NCBI GenBank assembly: GCA_038145135.1
Contig: JAYQPD010000004.1
Span: 1-46,717 of the forward strand
DNA length: 46,717 nt
Source: a bacterium
GTDB taxonomy: Bacteria; Patescibacteriota; Minisyncoccia; Phycocordibacterales; UBA918
Direction: 5' to 3'
Shown: one piece after another, positions 1-7,983 of the stretch
Position numbering within the stretch: position 1 is the first letter of the stretch
Layout: each line of letters starts with the position of its first letter
Notes under the pieces: generated by a model
What the model saw: only the letters and a program-made list of their open reading frames with translations
What the model was told of the DNA's origin: nothing
Databases searched by the model: none
Position numbers and translations under genes: made by a program

Positions 1-228
1 CTGCGCAGCAAGAAAAGTGGCGACAAGGTATACCGGCTTCTGTAAGAAGTTTCGTTTAAATATTGTGCTGGGAGCACATTGGAAAACGAAAAACGACCTT
101 GCCTGCCATCTTTTCTGCGCAGCAAGAAAAGTGGCGACAAGGTGTACTGCTCCTGTAAGGAGTTGAGTTAATATGCTGGGAGCATATTAAAAACGAAAAA
201 CGACCTTGCCTGATATTTCTTGAGGAAC
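1..228 (+). repeat. Two tandem ~114-nt noncoding repeat units (1-114, 115-228); the array is cut by the left window edge
   Basis: An identical 29-nt head, ctgcgcagcaagaaaagtggcgacaaggt, sits at 1 and 115. Both units share the 3' core ..gctgggagca.att..aaaacgaaaaacgaccttgcctg (58-105 and 169-212). Stop codons close all three + frames within 166 nt. Confidence 0.9.
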
Positions 229-493
229 GAAAAGAAATATCGACAAGGCTGAAATGCGGAGCATTTCAGAAGGTTGTCGACAGATTCGACCAAAGGGAGA
301 ATATGTCAAACAACCTGAACAGAATCCGTAAGCAAGCTTCCTGAAACTTCATTCGCATGTTGTGTAAATATATTTCCACACATACTCACTCGTTTCAGTA
401 GGATTTACTGCTTCTGTAAGCAGAGCTTGCTGAAACGGCGCTCGCACTTTATAGAAAAGTGAACTTTTCTATAAGAGCTCTCTTGTTTCAGAA
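229..493 (+). other. Hairpin-dense noncoding segment between repeat copies
   Basis: Stems read directly from the sequence: 212-241 (gatatttctt/aagaaatatc, 10 bp); 241-279 (cgacaa/ttgtcg enclosing ctgaaatgc-gga-gcatttcag); gcaagct 332-338 with agcttgc 424-430; ctgaaac 341-347 with gtttcag 392-398; ctgaaac 430-436 with gtttcag 485-491; 449-474 (ttatagaaaag/cttttctataa, 11 bp). Confidence 0.7.
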
Positions 494-561
494 AGAAGGT
501 TTCGTTTAAATATTGTGCTGGGAGCATATTAAAAACGAAAAACGACCTTACCTGATATTTC
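494..561 (+). repeat. Third (partial) copy of the repeat 3' core
   Basis: agaaggtttcgtttaaatattgtgctgggagcatattaaaaacgaaaaacgaccttacctgatatttc closely matches 45-105 and 169-220. Confidence 0.9.
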
Positions 562-663
562 AAACATATCACGCAACAAAGTTGGCTGAACCTTTCTTGT
601 ACTATACCCATATCTTTCATACTACTTACACTACCTCTTGCTATACTTACCTATATAGATCGT

Positions 664-1680
664 ATGAAGTGGCACTCACTTTTCTTTGCGCTGTGCTTTC
701 TGGTGTTTTTGTTGCCGCATACAAGCGAAGCTGCGACTCTGTACATGGATCCGACCGAGACCCATGCCTACCGTGCGGATACGTTCAGCGTTGAGGTGCG
801 TGTCGATACCGATGAGGATGAGTGTATCAATGCGGCTGATGCGGTCATTACCTATGACCCTTCCATAGCCGCCGCTGATGTGTCGCTTGGAGATTCGATC
901 TTCACGCTCTGGGTAGAACGTCCGACGATAGATCAAGAGAAACACACGATAACGTTTGCTGGAGGTATTCCAAATGGTTACTGTGGTCGTATACCAGGCG
1001 ATCCTCGTCTTACGAATGTGATCGCGAAGATCATCTTTAGGGTACCTGGATTCTCTGTTGGTTCTGGAAGTACGAACGGTATCGCAAATATCTCTTTCGA
1101 TCCACAGACCCACGTATACCTCAATAGTGGTGATGGGAGTATGGCGCCACTACGGACCTTCGGCACTACAGTGCATGTCGATCAGAAGGCAGGAAGTTCC
1201 ATAAGCGATGAGTGGCGTACCGAGGTATCTAACGACGATGCGCCGCCAAGTCCATTCTCGATCGAACTCGTCCAAAACGACTCCGTCTTCAGCGGTAGAC
1301 ACTATATAGTCTTTTCAACGACCGATAAGCAATCTGGTCTCGATCACTACGAAGTGTTCGAAGAGCCACTTGATGAGATATCGCTCTTTAGATGGGGCGA
1401 GCCTGATGCCGTTTGGGAGCGTGCAGAAAGTCCGTACGTACTGAACGACCAACGGTTACGGAGTGTCATTCGGGTGAAGGCGATCGATAAAGCGGGCAAT
1501 GAACAGATCGCGATCTACGCTCCAGAAGAGGCAGCTCGCGTCATAGATCCACTCACCGCAGTGCTCGCACTATCAATCGGCGTGCTCGTTCTTGTACTTA
1601 TTGTGGTCTTCGGGCTCTTTATGAGACGCCGATTCATTACTCGTCACACACATGAAGAAGATCATGTTGAATCTGAATAG
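664..1680 (+). CDS. Membrane-anchored surface protein with an N-terminal cohesin-like domain
   Basis: Signal peptide MKWHSLFFALCFLVFLLPHTSEA. Cohesin-like pattern TLYMDP..FSVEVRVDT..INAADAVITYDP..LWVERP..ITFAGGIPNGY. Ig-like module ending VKAIDKAGNE. C-terminal TM helix LTAVLALSIGVLVLVLIVVFGLF followed by RRRF. TATATA lies 6 nt upstream of the ATG. Confidence 0.8.
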   Translation: MKWHSLFFALCFLVFLLPHTSEAATLYMDPTETHAYRADTFSVEVRVDTDEDECINAADAVITYDPSIAAADVSLGDSIFTLWVERPTIDQEKHTITFAGGIPNGYCGRIPGDPRLTNVIAKIIFRVPGFSVGSGSTNGIANISFDPQTHVYLNSGDGSMAPLRTFGTTVHVDQKAGSSISDEWRTEVSNDDAPPSPFSIELVQNDSVFSGRHYIVFSTTDKQSGLDHYEVFEEPLDEISLFRWGEPDAVWERAESPYVLNDQRLRSVIRVKAIDKAGNEQIAIYAPEEAARVIDPLTAVLALSIGVLVLVLIVVFGLFMRRRFITRHTHEEDHVESE

Positions 1681-3412
1681 CTACATTCAGCACACCTTGC
1701 TGAGTCGATGTATTGTTCTCTGTGTAGTGCTGAGTGGTGTGTTCCTGTATGCACAAGCTGCGTCTGCGGCAACACTCTCACTCACTCCACCGACCGGTGT
1801 GTATTCTGTGGGAGGCACGTTCTCAGCGCGTGTCGTTGTGAATACTGGAGGAAAGCCGATCAATGCTGCTGAAGGTGAACTGACCTACAATCCAAAAGAA
1901 CTCCAAGTGGTTGGTGTCTCGAAAGGTGGATCCATCTTCAGTCTCTGGACCATTGAACCAAAATATTCTGGAGGGAAGATCTCCTTTGGTGGCGGATCTC
2001 CCTCCGGATATACCGGTTCGAATGGAACTGTGGTATCTATCACGTTTCGCGCGCTCGGAGCAGGTACCCCTAAGGTGAACTTCACCTCAGGATCAGTGCT
2101 TGCCGCTGATGGGCAGGGAACGAACGTTCTCTCCTCGATGCAAGGAGGTACGTATACTGTAAATGCAGCAACAGCAGTACCTGAACCAGAATACATAGCG
2201 CCGGCAAATACACCGGGCATGCCTGATATTACTTCTTCAACGCATCCCGATCCTGACGCGTGGTACACCAACACGACCGCAAAACTCTCGTGGGGGTTGC
2301 CGTCTGGAGTGACCGCAGTTCGCATGCTCCTTGATGAGAGTCGTGGCACCATACCGACAAATGTCTATGAACCACCGATCCGAGAGAAAGAACTCACAGA
2401 ACTCGAGGGTGTTTCGTACTTCCATCTTCAGTTCAAGAATGCTGATGGTTGGGGCAAGGTTGCTCACTATCGCCTCGCTGTTGATGCTGTGCGCCCAGAG
2501 TCCTTTGATATCACGCTCGAATCAGGTGATGAAACCAACCCGAAGCAGCGTCTTATATTCAACGCGAAAGATGCCGGCTCCGGAGTGGCGTACTACATGG
2601 TGCAGATCGACGGCGGTGAACGTGCCAAATGGGTAGATGAACAGAAGGATGGTGTCTACGAACTTCCACTCCTTGATCCAGGTGATCACACGGTGGTTGT
2701 TGAGGCGATCGATCATGCGGGCAACGGACTCGTCGCATCGATCAGCTTTACGGTAGAAGCGTTCGAAGCGCCCGTATTCACTGACTACCCAAGTGAGATC
2801 AGTGAGCGCATCATTCCAGTCGTGAAAGGAACTACGCGGCCGCGTGCGCATGTGTTTGTGTCGCTCCATAAGCGCGGAGCTGGAGAAGACGAGGTTATGG
2901 CCATTGAGCGGGAGGTGACGGCAAACGATAACGGAGAGTTCACCTTCGTTGCAGATGGCCGCCTCGCCATTGGGTCCTATGAGGTAACGGCACGTGCAGT
3001 TGATGAACAAGGTGCGCAGAGCTTGCTGAGCGACCCAATCTCTATCGCAGTACAGGAATCGGTCATTAAGTCAGCAGGAGCTACACTTATTACCATACTC
3101 TCAGTCACCGTGCCGCTCGTCGCACTCATCGTACTTCTCATTCTTCTCGTCCTCTACGGGCGCAACCGCATCCGGTCACTCCGCTCACGTGTCATAAAAG
3201 AGACACTTGAAGCCGAGCGATCAGTATCGCTTGAGATCGGTGGAGTGATAGACGATATCAATGAGCGCATCGAAGCACTGGGTGTTGGGCGAAAAGGTAA
3301 GATCACTAAATCAGAGATCGCGCTCCTCGATGCCATCCAAAAAGAGATCGTGGAGGTTCGTAACCGTGTGGAGAAAGAAGTTAAGGATATTGAGCGCGCA
3401 GCAAAGAGCTAG
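1652..3412 (+). CDS. Membrane-anchored surface protein with a cohesin-like domain, Ig-like modules and a cytoplasmic coiled-coil tail
   Basis: Signal/anchor CIVLCVVLSGVFLYAQAASA. Cohesin-like TLSLTPPTGVYSVGGTFSARVVVNTGGKPINAAEGELTYNPKELQVV..LWTIEP..ISFGGGSPSGY. Ig-like modules (..VVVEAIDHAGNG.., ..YEVTARAVDEQGA..). TM helix LITILSVTVPLVALIVLLILLVLY. Charged helical tail. It overlaps the previous CDS by 29 nt; an alternative ATG lies at 1664. Confidence 0.8.
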   Translation: MKKIMLNLNSYIQHTLLSRCIVLCVVLSGVFLYAQAASAATLSLTPPTGVYSVGGTFSARVVVNTGGKPINAAEGELTYNPKELQVVGVSKGGSIFSLWTIEPKYSGGKISFGGGSPSGYTGSNGTVVSITFRALGAGTPKVNFTSGSVLAADGQGTNVLSSMQGGTYTVNAATAVPEPEYIAPANTPGMPDITSSTHPDPDAWYTNTTAKLSWGLPSGVTAVRMLLDESRGTIPTNVYEPPIREKELTELEGVSYFHLQFKNADGWGKVAHYRLAVDAVRPESFDITLESGDETNPKQRLIFNAKDAGSGVAYYMVQIDGGERAKWVDEQKDGVYELPLLDPGDHTVVVEAIDHAGNGLVASISFTVEAFEAPVFTDYPSEISERIIPVVKGTTRPRAHVFVSLHKRGAGEDEVMAIEREVTANDNGEFTFVADGRLAIGSYEVTARAVDEQGAQSLLSDPISIAVQESVIKSAGATLITILSVTVPLVALIVLLILLVLYGRNRIRSLRSRVIKETLEAERSVSLEIGGVIDDINERIEALGVGRKGKITKSEIALLDAIQKEIVEVRNRVEKEVKDIERAAKS

Positions 3413-3470
3413 GTATGCATCAGCGACATACTCTAAAAATAGGTCTGGACACGTGTTAGTATAGTACTCT

Positions 3471-4136
3471 ATGCCACTCGCCCCACAAGCTCGACAGATA
3501 CTCATAGCGGCCGGTATAGGCGCGCTTATCACACTCGTACTTGCCTCAGGGTATATTGCACATCGCCTGAGTCAGTACAAGCTCTACACTGAGAGTATGC
3601 TCGAGAATATAGCTGGGAGCTACCTCAAAGCGGCAGTGAGCGCTGACAGGACCGAGGTAACTGAGCAAAGCCAAGAAGCTGTGTCTGACTGTGCTTCGAG
3701 AGGCACGTTTGACGAATTGCTCTCGCGCCTCCAATCGCTTAGCGCGAGCGAGCGAAAAGAGCTCGATGTACTTTTTCCTCAATGCGCCGACTACTATTAT
3801 CGGCTCAAGCTGTTCCACATCGACCACCTCAATACGTTGCTTCGTGAGTACACACTTACCCTTGAGCATCGAGATCATATCTACGCAGAAGATGATCATT
3901 TTGCAGAAGTACGAAGAGACATGGAGGCGATTATACGTGGCGAAGAGGAACGAAAGACTGCGATGCAAGAACAGATCTCAGTGCAACGAGATATCATTGA
4001 AGCTATGAAACAGGGAAGTATGGACGACCCCGCGCTTACCGATCGCATCGGAGTGGTTAGTGCAGAGCTTGGTACTGCAGATGCTGCAGTCGATAGTGCA
4101 CGAGCACAGCTTTCGAAAGCACTCGAGGGAGAGTAA
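3471..4136 (+). CDS. Hypothetical N-terminally anchored helical/coiled-coil protein
   Basis: 221-aa ORF with one N-terminal TM helix (ILIAAGIGALITLVLASGYIA), then charged helical sequence. TATAGT lies 5 nt upstream of the ATG. No family recognised. Confidence 0.6.
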   Translation: MPLAPQARQILIAAGIGALITLVLASGYIAHRLSQYKLYTESMLENIAGSYLKAAVSADRTEVTEQSQEAVSDCASRGTFDELLSRLQSLSASERKELDVLFPQCADYYYRLKLFHIDHLNTLLREYTLTLEHRDHIYAEDDHFAEVRRDMEAIIRGEEERKTAMQEQISVQRDIIEAMKQGSMDDPALTDRIGVVSAELGTADAAVDSARAQLSKALEGE

Positions 4137-4192
4137 AACACGCCGCTCTGCTATCCCCGTACGGGGTATTTCGGGCGGCACCAGGGTGTTTT
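4135..4192 (+). terminator. Composite GC-rich hairpin directly after the 3471-4136 stop codon
   Basis: aaaacac (4135-4141) pairs with gtgtttt (4186-4192). gccgc (4142-4146) pairs with gcggc (4175-4179). The inner hairpin is cccc-gtac-gggg (4155-4166). Confidence 0.55.
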
Positions 4193-4206
4193 GCTAGAAG
4201 AGGAGT

Positions 4207-4235
4207 GGAGAAACATGCTCCCAGCATGTTTCTCC
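4207..4235. terminator. Perfect 13-bp hairpin with a CCC triloop
   Basis: ggagaaacatgct-ccc-agcatgtttctcc. There is no downstream T-run. On the minus strand it reads ..atgctGGGagcat.., the same core as the hairpins at 64-78, 171-188 and 514-528. Confidence 0.4.
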
Positions 4236-4264
4236 CGCGCACTCATTTAGGGCGACTATTCATA

Positions 4265-4291
4265 CCCACCGCAAAGCGGATGGGCATTTTT
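4265..4291 (+). terminator. Rho-independent terminator-like hairpin with T-run
   Basis: cccaccgc-aaa-gcggatggg (one bulged A), followed by ca-ttttt. Confidence 0.6.
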
Positions 4292-4512
4292 CTCGCCTGT
4301 CAGTAAACTGCATTTTTGTTCGTCCGTTTGATTTGGCAACGTATTCGCTCCTAGCGGACGACAAGAACGACCCATCCATTCGATAGAAGAAGTGGCAAGT
4401 TTTGCTATCCACGCCCGCATACAGATCCGAATTAAGGAGAACGCTGAGGGGTGGTATGCTAGAAGAGCGGAGATACCAAGATGTTCTCGTCTTCCGTTTG
4501 TATAATTACATC

Positions 4513-5268
4513 ATGCAGCGTTACCTCGAGGAACTGAAGCGTAGGATCCGCATACGAAAGCACAAGGTGACCACGCTCCACTATATGTTTCCGCTCATGG
4601 CGGCGACTTTCGGTATACTTGGTGCCACCTACCTGGCTGACGTTTCCTCTTCATATGTCATTTTGACCCCGAATCCTACCTACGTAGAGGCAGGTGATTC
4701 TGTTGAGGTGATCGTAGAGGCTGTCGCGCACATCCCGGTCAATACCGTCGATATCGAAGTGGCCTTTCCTTCAGATCTTAAAGTGACCGGTGTTGAAACT
4801 GGTGGTTCTGTCATTACGCTCTGGACCACCGAGCCAAAACCTGAGGGAAATAAGGTGGTGTTACGAGGCGGTGTCTATCGAAAGGGCTTCATTGGGCGTC
4901 ACACGATCGCACGCATTAATGCAAAGGCAGTAACTGCTGGAAATGCCGATGTACTTGTCAGAAACAGCATCTTTCTTGCAGGGGACGGAAAAGCAACCCC
5001 GATCGCTATTAACTCATCAGATAATCAAAAGGCAGCGATACAAATAGGTACCGCCACTGGTGTAGCCGGACACACCACAGCACTCACCGGTAAGGTCGCG
5101 GTATCAATAATTACAGATATCGATGGTGATAAAGATGTCGATTTCAACGATATACAGGTATTTATGAACGCGTGGAGGACTGGTATAGCTATCTACGACT
5201 TTAGTGGCGATGGAAAAATGACCTTCAGAGACTTTGCGATCATCCTTGCCGATGCGTTCTTCAAATAG
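4513..5268 (+). CDS. Membrane-anchored protein with a cohesin-like domain and a C-terminal dockerin-like EF-hand pair
   Basis: TM helix MFPLMAATFGILGATYLA. Cohesin-like VILTPNPTYVEAGDSVEVIVEAVAHIPVNTVDIEVAFPSDLKVTGVE..LWTTEP. Two Ca-loop-like segments, DIDGDKDVDFND and DFSGDGKMTFRD, each followed by a short helix. Start chosen at ATG 4513 (TATAAT 4501-4506 plus 6 nt). Alternatives are ATG 4456 and the track's TTG 4402. Confidence 0.7.
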   Translation: MQRYLEELKRRIRIRKHKVTTLHYMFPLMAATFGILGATYLADVSSSYVILTPNPTYVEAGDSVEVIVEAVAHIPVNTVDIEVAFPSDLKVTGVETGGSVITLWTTEPKPEGNKVVLRGGVYRKGFIGRHTIARINAKAVTAGNADVLVRNSIFLAGDGKATPIAINSSDNQKAAIQIGTATGVAGHTTALTGKVAVSIITDIDGDKDVDFNDIQVFMNAWRTGIAIYDFSGDGKMTFRDFAIILADAFFK

Positions 5269-5311
5269 GGCATTTAAAGTCAAAAAGTAGAACTCAAACG
5301 CTATCACCCTG

Positions 5312-5330
5312 ACCCCTACTAGGGGTTTTT
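5312..5330 (+). terminator. Rho-independent terminator after the cohesin-dockerin gene
   Basis: cccct-act-agggg followed by ttttt (5326-5330), 44 nt after the stop codon. Confidence 0.7.
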
Positions 5331-5438
5331 AATGTGTCAGGACGGCAGATATTGAGGGCCCAACTGGGACTCCAAGGTCTCAAGTTGTGGTGTGGATAAC
5401 TGTGTATATTTTTGTGGATAAAGTGTGACTTAGAGAGG

Positions 5439-5496
5439 TATAATATGGGGGAAAGTAATTTCTCGAGGGTCGAGAAATTATCTCGAGGCACGAGAT
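5439..5496 (+). promoter_or_regulatory. TATAAT -10 box followed by two adjacent palindromes (candidate operator or 5'-UTR structure) ahead of the HTH gene
   Basis: TATAAT at 5439-5444. Perfect 11-bp inverted repeat taatttctcga-ggg-tcgagaaatta (5456-5480). Second hairpin atctcg-aggca-cgagat (5480-5496) ends at the ATG and contains the only GAGG near the start. The TCTCGAGG half-site is repeated at 5461 and 5481. Confidence 0.5.
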
Positions 5497-5904
5497 ATGG
5501 CTAAAAACAAAGATATATTTGAGATAGCTGAATCTGAGATCCCAGATGGCTTTTTGACACTGAAAGAAGCTGCTGCGCTTACCAAATATACCCCCGATTA
5601 TATTGGCCAGTTGGTGCGCTCCGGCAAGATAGAGGGGCGACAGATATATAGCAATGTTTCTTGGGTCACGAGTGAGGCATCGCTCCGTGAATATCTTGGG
5701 TCAAAGGGTAAGGACGCACCGCTCACCGAGATGCCACATGCTGATCTCCCAGAGTTTGCACGTCCCCTTCTGTATATCGTCATCGGCTGTTCTGTCTTTT
5801 TTTTGATCATCCTGATCCACGTGCTTTCAGTTTCAATTGACCACCTGATCACTTCTTCGTATGAGGACGATGTCCCGGCAGTAACTACTTCTCTTGGCCT
5901 ATGA
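5497..5904 (+). CDS. Membrane-tethered helix-turn-helix (excisionase/MerR-like) protein
   Basis: LTLKEAAALTKYTPDYIGQLVRSGKIEGRQ resembles the HTH of the excisionase/MerR superfamily. C-terminal TM helix LLYIVIGCSVFFLIILIHVLSV. The stop overlaps the next start (ATGA at 5901-5904). Confidence 0.65.
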   Translation: MAKNKDIFEIAESEIPDGFLTLKEAAALTKYTPDYIGQLVRSGKIEGRQIYSNVSWVTSEASLREYLGSKGKDAPLTEMPHADLPEFARPLLYIVIGCSVFFLIILIHVLSVSIDHLITSSYEDDVPAVTTSLGL

Positions 5905-7925
5905 CTCGCATTCGTACCACTACTCGATCGAACAGAAGAGACACCATTCACTTGGCACGTACTTCTTCTGCACGTGGTTCTAATGCATCCTTCTCTTCCA
6001 GAACGCTTTCATCATCTCGTACCTCATATGTCTCATTTTGGTTTGCGCTACTATTAACCCTTTCTTTTTTGCTCTCTCCTGTCTCAGATGCGTATGCTGC
6101 TGCTTCTGACGTGGTAAGTGATGAGACACAAACTGATGCTGTAGTGGAGAATGACCCTGTTGAAGAGAGTGTTGTCTCTGTAGCAGCTGCAGAACCTGCT
6201 GTTGAAGAGGTAGATTCTCCTACTGATGAGGTGTCAGCGGATGAATCTCCAGTAGTAGATGATGTAGTAGGTGAAACTTCACAATCACCTGAAAATGAAG
6301 ACCCTCAGAGTGAAGAAGTACTAATAAACACGGTGGGTGATGTGACTACTTCAGAGTCTGTTACTTTGGAACCACTAGGCACTGAAGTACCAGAACAAGA
6401 GACTCTAGTTGCTGATTCAGCTTCAACAACACCTGAAGTGACGGTGTCTACCGATGAGTCAGTACCCACTATGGGTTCGACTACAGACACTGACCGAACG
6501 GCAAGTACTGAGAACACTGATGCTGAAGATTCTTCCCTTAACGATGCGATCCTAAACGAGAGCCCATCAGCGCCAGAGGTGCTTGGAACATCGACTACCG
6601 AAACTAATGTCAACGAACCCACTGTGGTCCCCGATACTGTTGCTTCAAACGAGGTGATCGTTCCCACACCACCATTGCCGGAAGAGGTCGTGGCGACTAC
6701 AAGTGACATTGTGCTTACAGACGACACTGCATCAACTACCGATGATGCTGCATCATCTACTGAACCGCTCCCGTTTGTGATCAATAACATTGTGAGCGAC
6801 AACCGTATTACTTTTGGCACTAATGAATGTGTACCGGTCGGTGGTGGAGCATTCCATTGTGTTGAACGCGATAAGGCGACCGAAGCAGTCGGCGGAGAGA
6901 ACTCACCGGTATTTTCAGCCCCGGATAAAGATGGTGACCTTGAGATCTACATAAAGGAGAATGGTACATTCCGTGCACTCACCAATAACCTGGTTGACGA
7001 TGATGCGCCGGCACTCGACTCTCGTGATGGGTACATCGTGTGGCAGTCACTCATCGATGATCGGTATCAGATCATGAGGTATGACCCAAAGACAGAAGCG
7101 GTAACTCAGTTGACCCACGGATCTGTGAACAGTATGGAACCAGCGGTCTATGAGGGCGAGGTGGTATATCAAGCTTGGCGTGGAAACGACTGGGATATTG
7201 TGCTCTCTGATGGTGACCATGAGGAAGTACTCACCGATAACGATACCCATGACATTGCGCCTTCGATAACAGAGGATTACATCATGTGGCAATCTGACGA
7301 GGAGGGTGAGTGGGTGGCTAAAGTTTACGACCGAAAAACGAAGGATATTGAGACAGTTCATGGCGTGAAGGGGGGTAACGTTGAAAACCCACGGATGGTA
7401 ATGGTGTTCGATAGCCGTGCAGAGAATGGGGATGTGAAGACCATGGGGTACGACCTCAAGCGAGGGGAGCTGGTTCCGCTTGCCGCAGTGCCTACACCAC
7501 TTCCGCGTGAGATACCGGTACCTGAACATCAAGAAGAAGAGAAGGCGTTGATACAAGCACCGACCACTACTCGTATCGAGACAAAAGCAACCACCACACC
7601 TGATGTTTCAGGAGCTGGAGGTGACCCCGATCCCGAACCAGCCCCACGTGATACCGTGGTTGAAGATGGAGCATCAACTACTCCTGCAGTTTCAGACAGT
7701 GTGACTGATGTTGATATGCGTCCAACTACTACACAACAAGATGAATCTGCTGACCTAACGATCGCGGGAGTGACTGAGGGGGCGACAGATACGTTCGAGG
7801 CTGAACTGACACTTGATCTGTCGACACCTACAGACGAGGTCGAACCGCCAGTTCCTGATCTGGTGATCGAGTCGGTACCAGTGAGTGAATATGTTTCGAC
7901 CACAACTTCAGAGACTGGTGAATAG
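5901..7925 (+). CDS. Membrane-anchored, highly acidic Thr/Ser/Glu/Asp-rich protein with a TolB/PD40-like beta-propeller region
   Basis: Arg/Ser-rich N-terminus, TM helix FWFALLLTLSFLLSPV, and about 230 aa of acidic low complexity. Repeated blades follow (..DGDLEIYIKENG.., ..DGYIVWQS.., ..GEVVYQAW.., ..EDYIMWQSD.., ..WVAKVYD..), then an acidic tail. Confidence 0.65.
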   Translation: MTRIRTTTRSNRRDTIHLARTSSARGSNASFSSRTLSSSRTSYVSFWFALLLTLSFLLSPVSDAYAAASDVVSDETQTDAVVENDPVEESVVSVAAAEPAVEEVDSPTDEVSADESPVVDDVVGETSQSPENEDPQSEEVLINTVGDVTTSESVTLEPLGTEVPEQETLVADSASTTPEVTVSTDESVPTMGSTTDTDRTASTENTDAEDSSLNDAILNESPSAPEVLGTSTTETNVNEPTVVPDTVASNEVIVPTPPLPEEVVATTSDIVLTDDTASTTDDAASSTEPLPFVINNIVSDNRITFGTNECVPVGGGAFHCVERDKATEAVGGENSPVFSAPDKDGDLEIYIKENGTFRALTNNLVDDDAPALDSRDGYIVWQSLIDDRYQIMRYDPKTEAVTQLTHGSVNSMEPAVYEGEVVYQAWRGNDWDIVLSDGDHEEVLTDNDTHDIAPSITEDYIMWQSDEEGEWVAKVYDRKTKDIETVHGVKGGNVENPRMVMVFDSRAENGDVKTMGYDLKRGELVPLAAVPTPLPREIPVPEHQEEEKALIQAPTTTRIETKATTTPDVSGAGGDPDPEPAPRDTVVEDGASTTPAVSDSVTDVDMRPTTTQQDESADLTIAGVTEGATDTFEAELTLDLSTPTDEVEPPVPDLVIESVPVSEYVSTTTSETGE

Positions 7926-7983
7926 TGTGTATAGGCGCCGCCTTTTGAGGACTGTCCTATGCGAAAATAGAAGGGTAATGGGA

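Noticed and set aside
1-561. A CRISPR array as the explanation for the repeated ~50-nt core at 58-105, 169-212 and 508-553
   Set aside because: The spacing is irregular (about 111 and 339 nt). The supposed spacers are themselves repeated or structured. The repeats differ at several positions with compensatory changes, and no cas genes are in the window.
405-794. Track ORFs 405..620 (-) and 513..794 (+)
   Set aside because: They lie in the repeat/hairpin region, have low-complexity odd composition and no start context. The second one overlaps the well-supported signal-peptide start at 664.
5445-5504. 19-codon upstream ORF (MGESNFSRVEKLSRGTRYG) ahead of the HTH gene
   Set aside because: Its ATG directly abuts the TATAAT box, so it would lie upstream of the predicted transcription start. 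The sequence is better explained by the two palindromes.
7885-7983. Upstream-extended starts offered by the track (7885 here; likewise 4402, 36986, 38947, 44359)
   Set aside because: The extensions add basic, non-signal-like residues before an obvious signal peptide or TM helix. Some overlap the preceding CDS or use GTG/TTG codons. The downstream ATGs have either a -10 box at leaderless spacing or a purine-rich patch. 36986 and 4456 remain possible alternatives.
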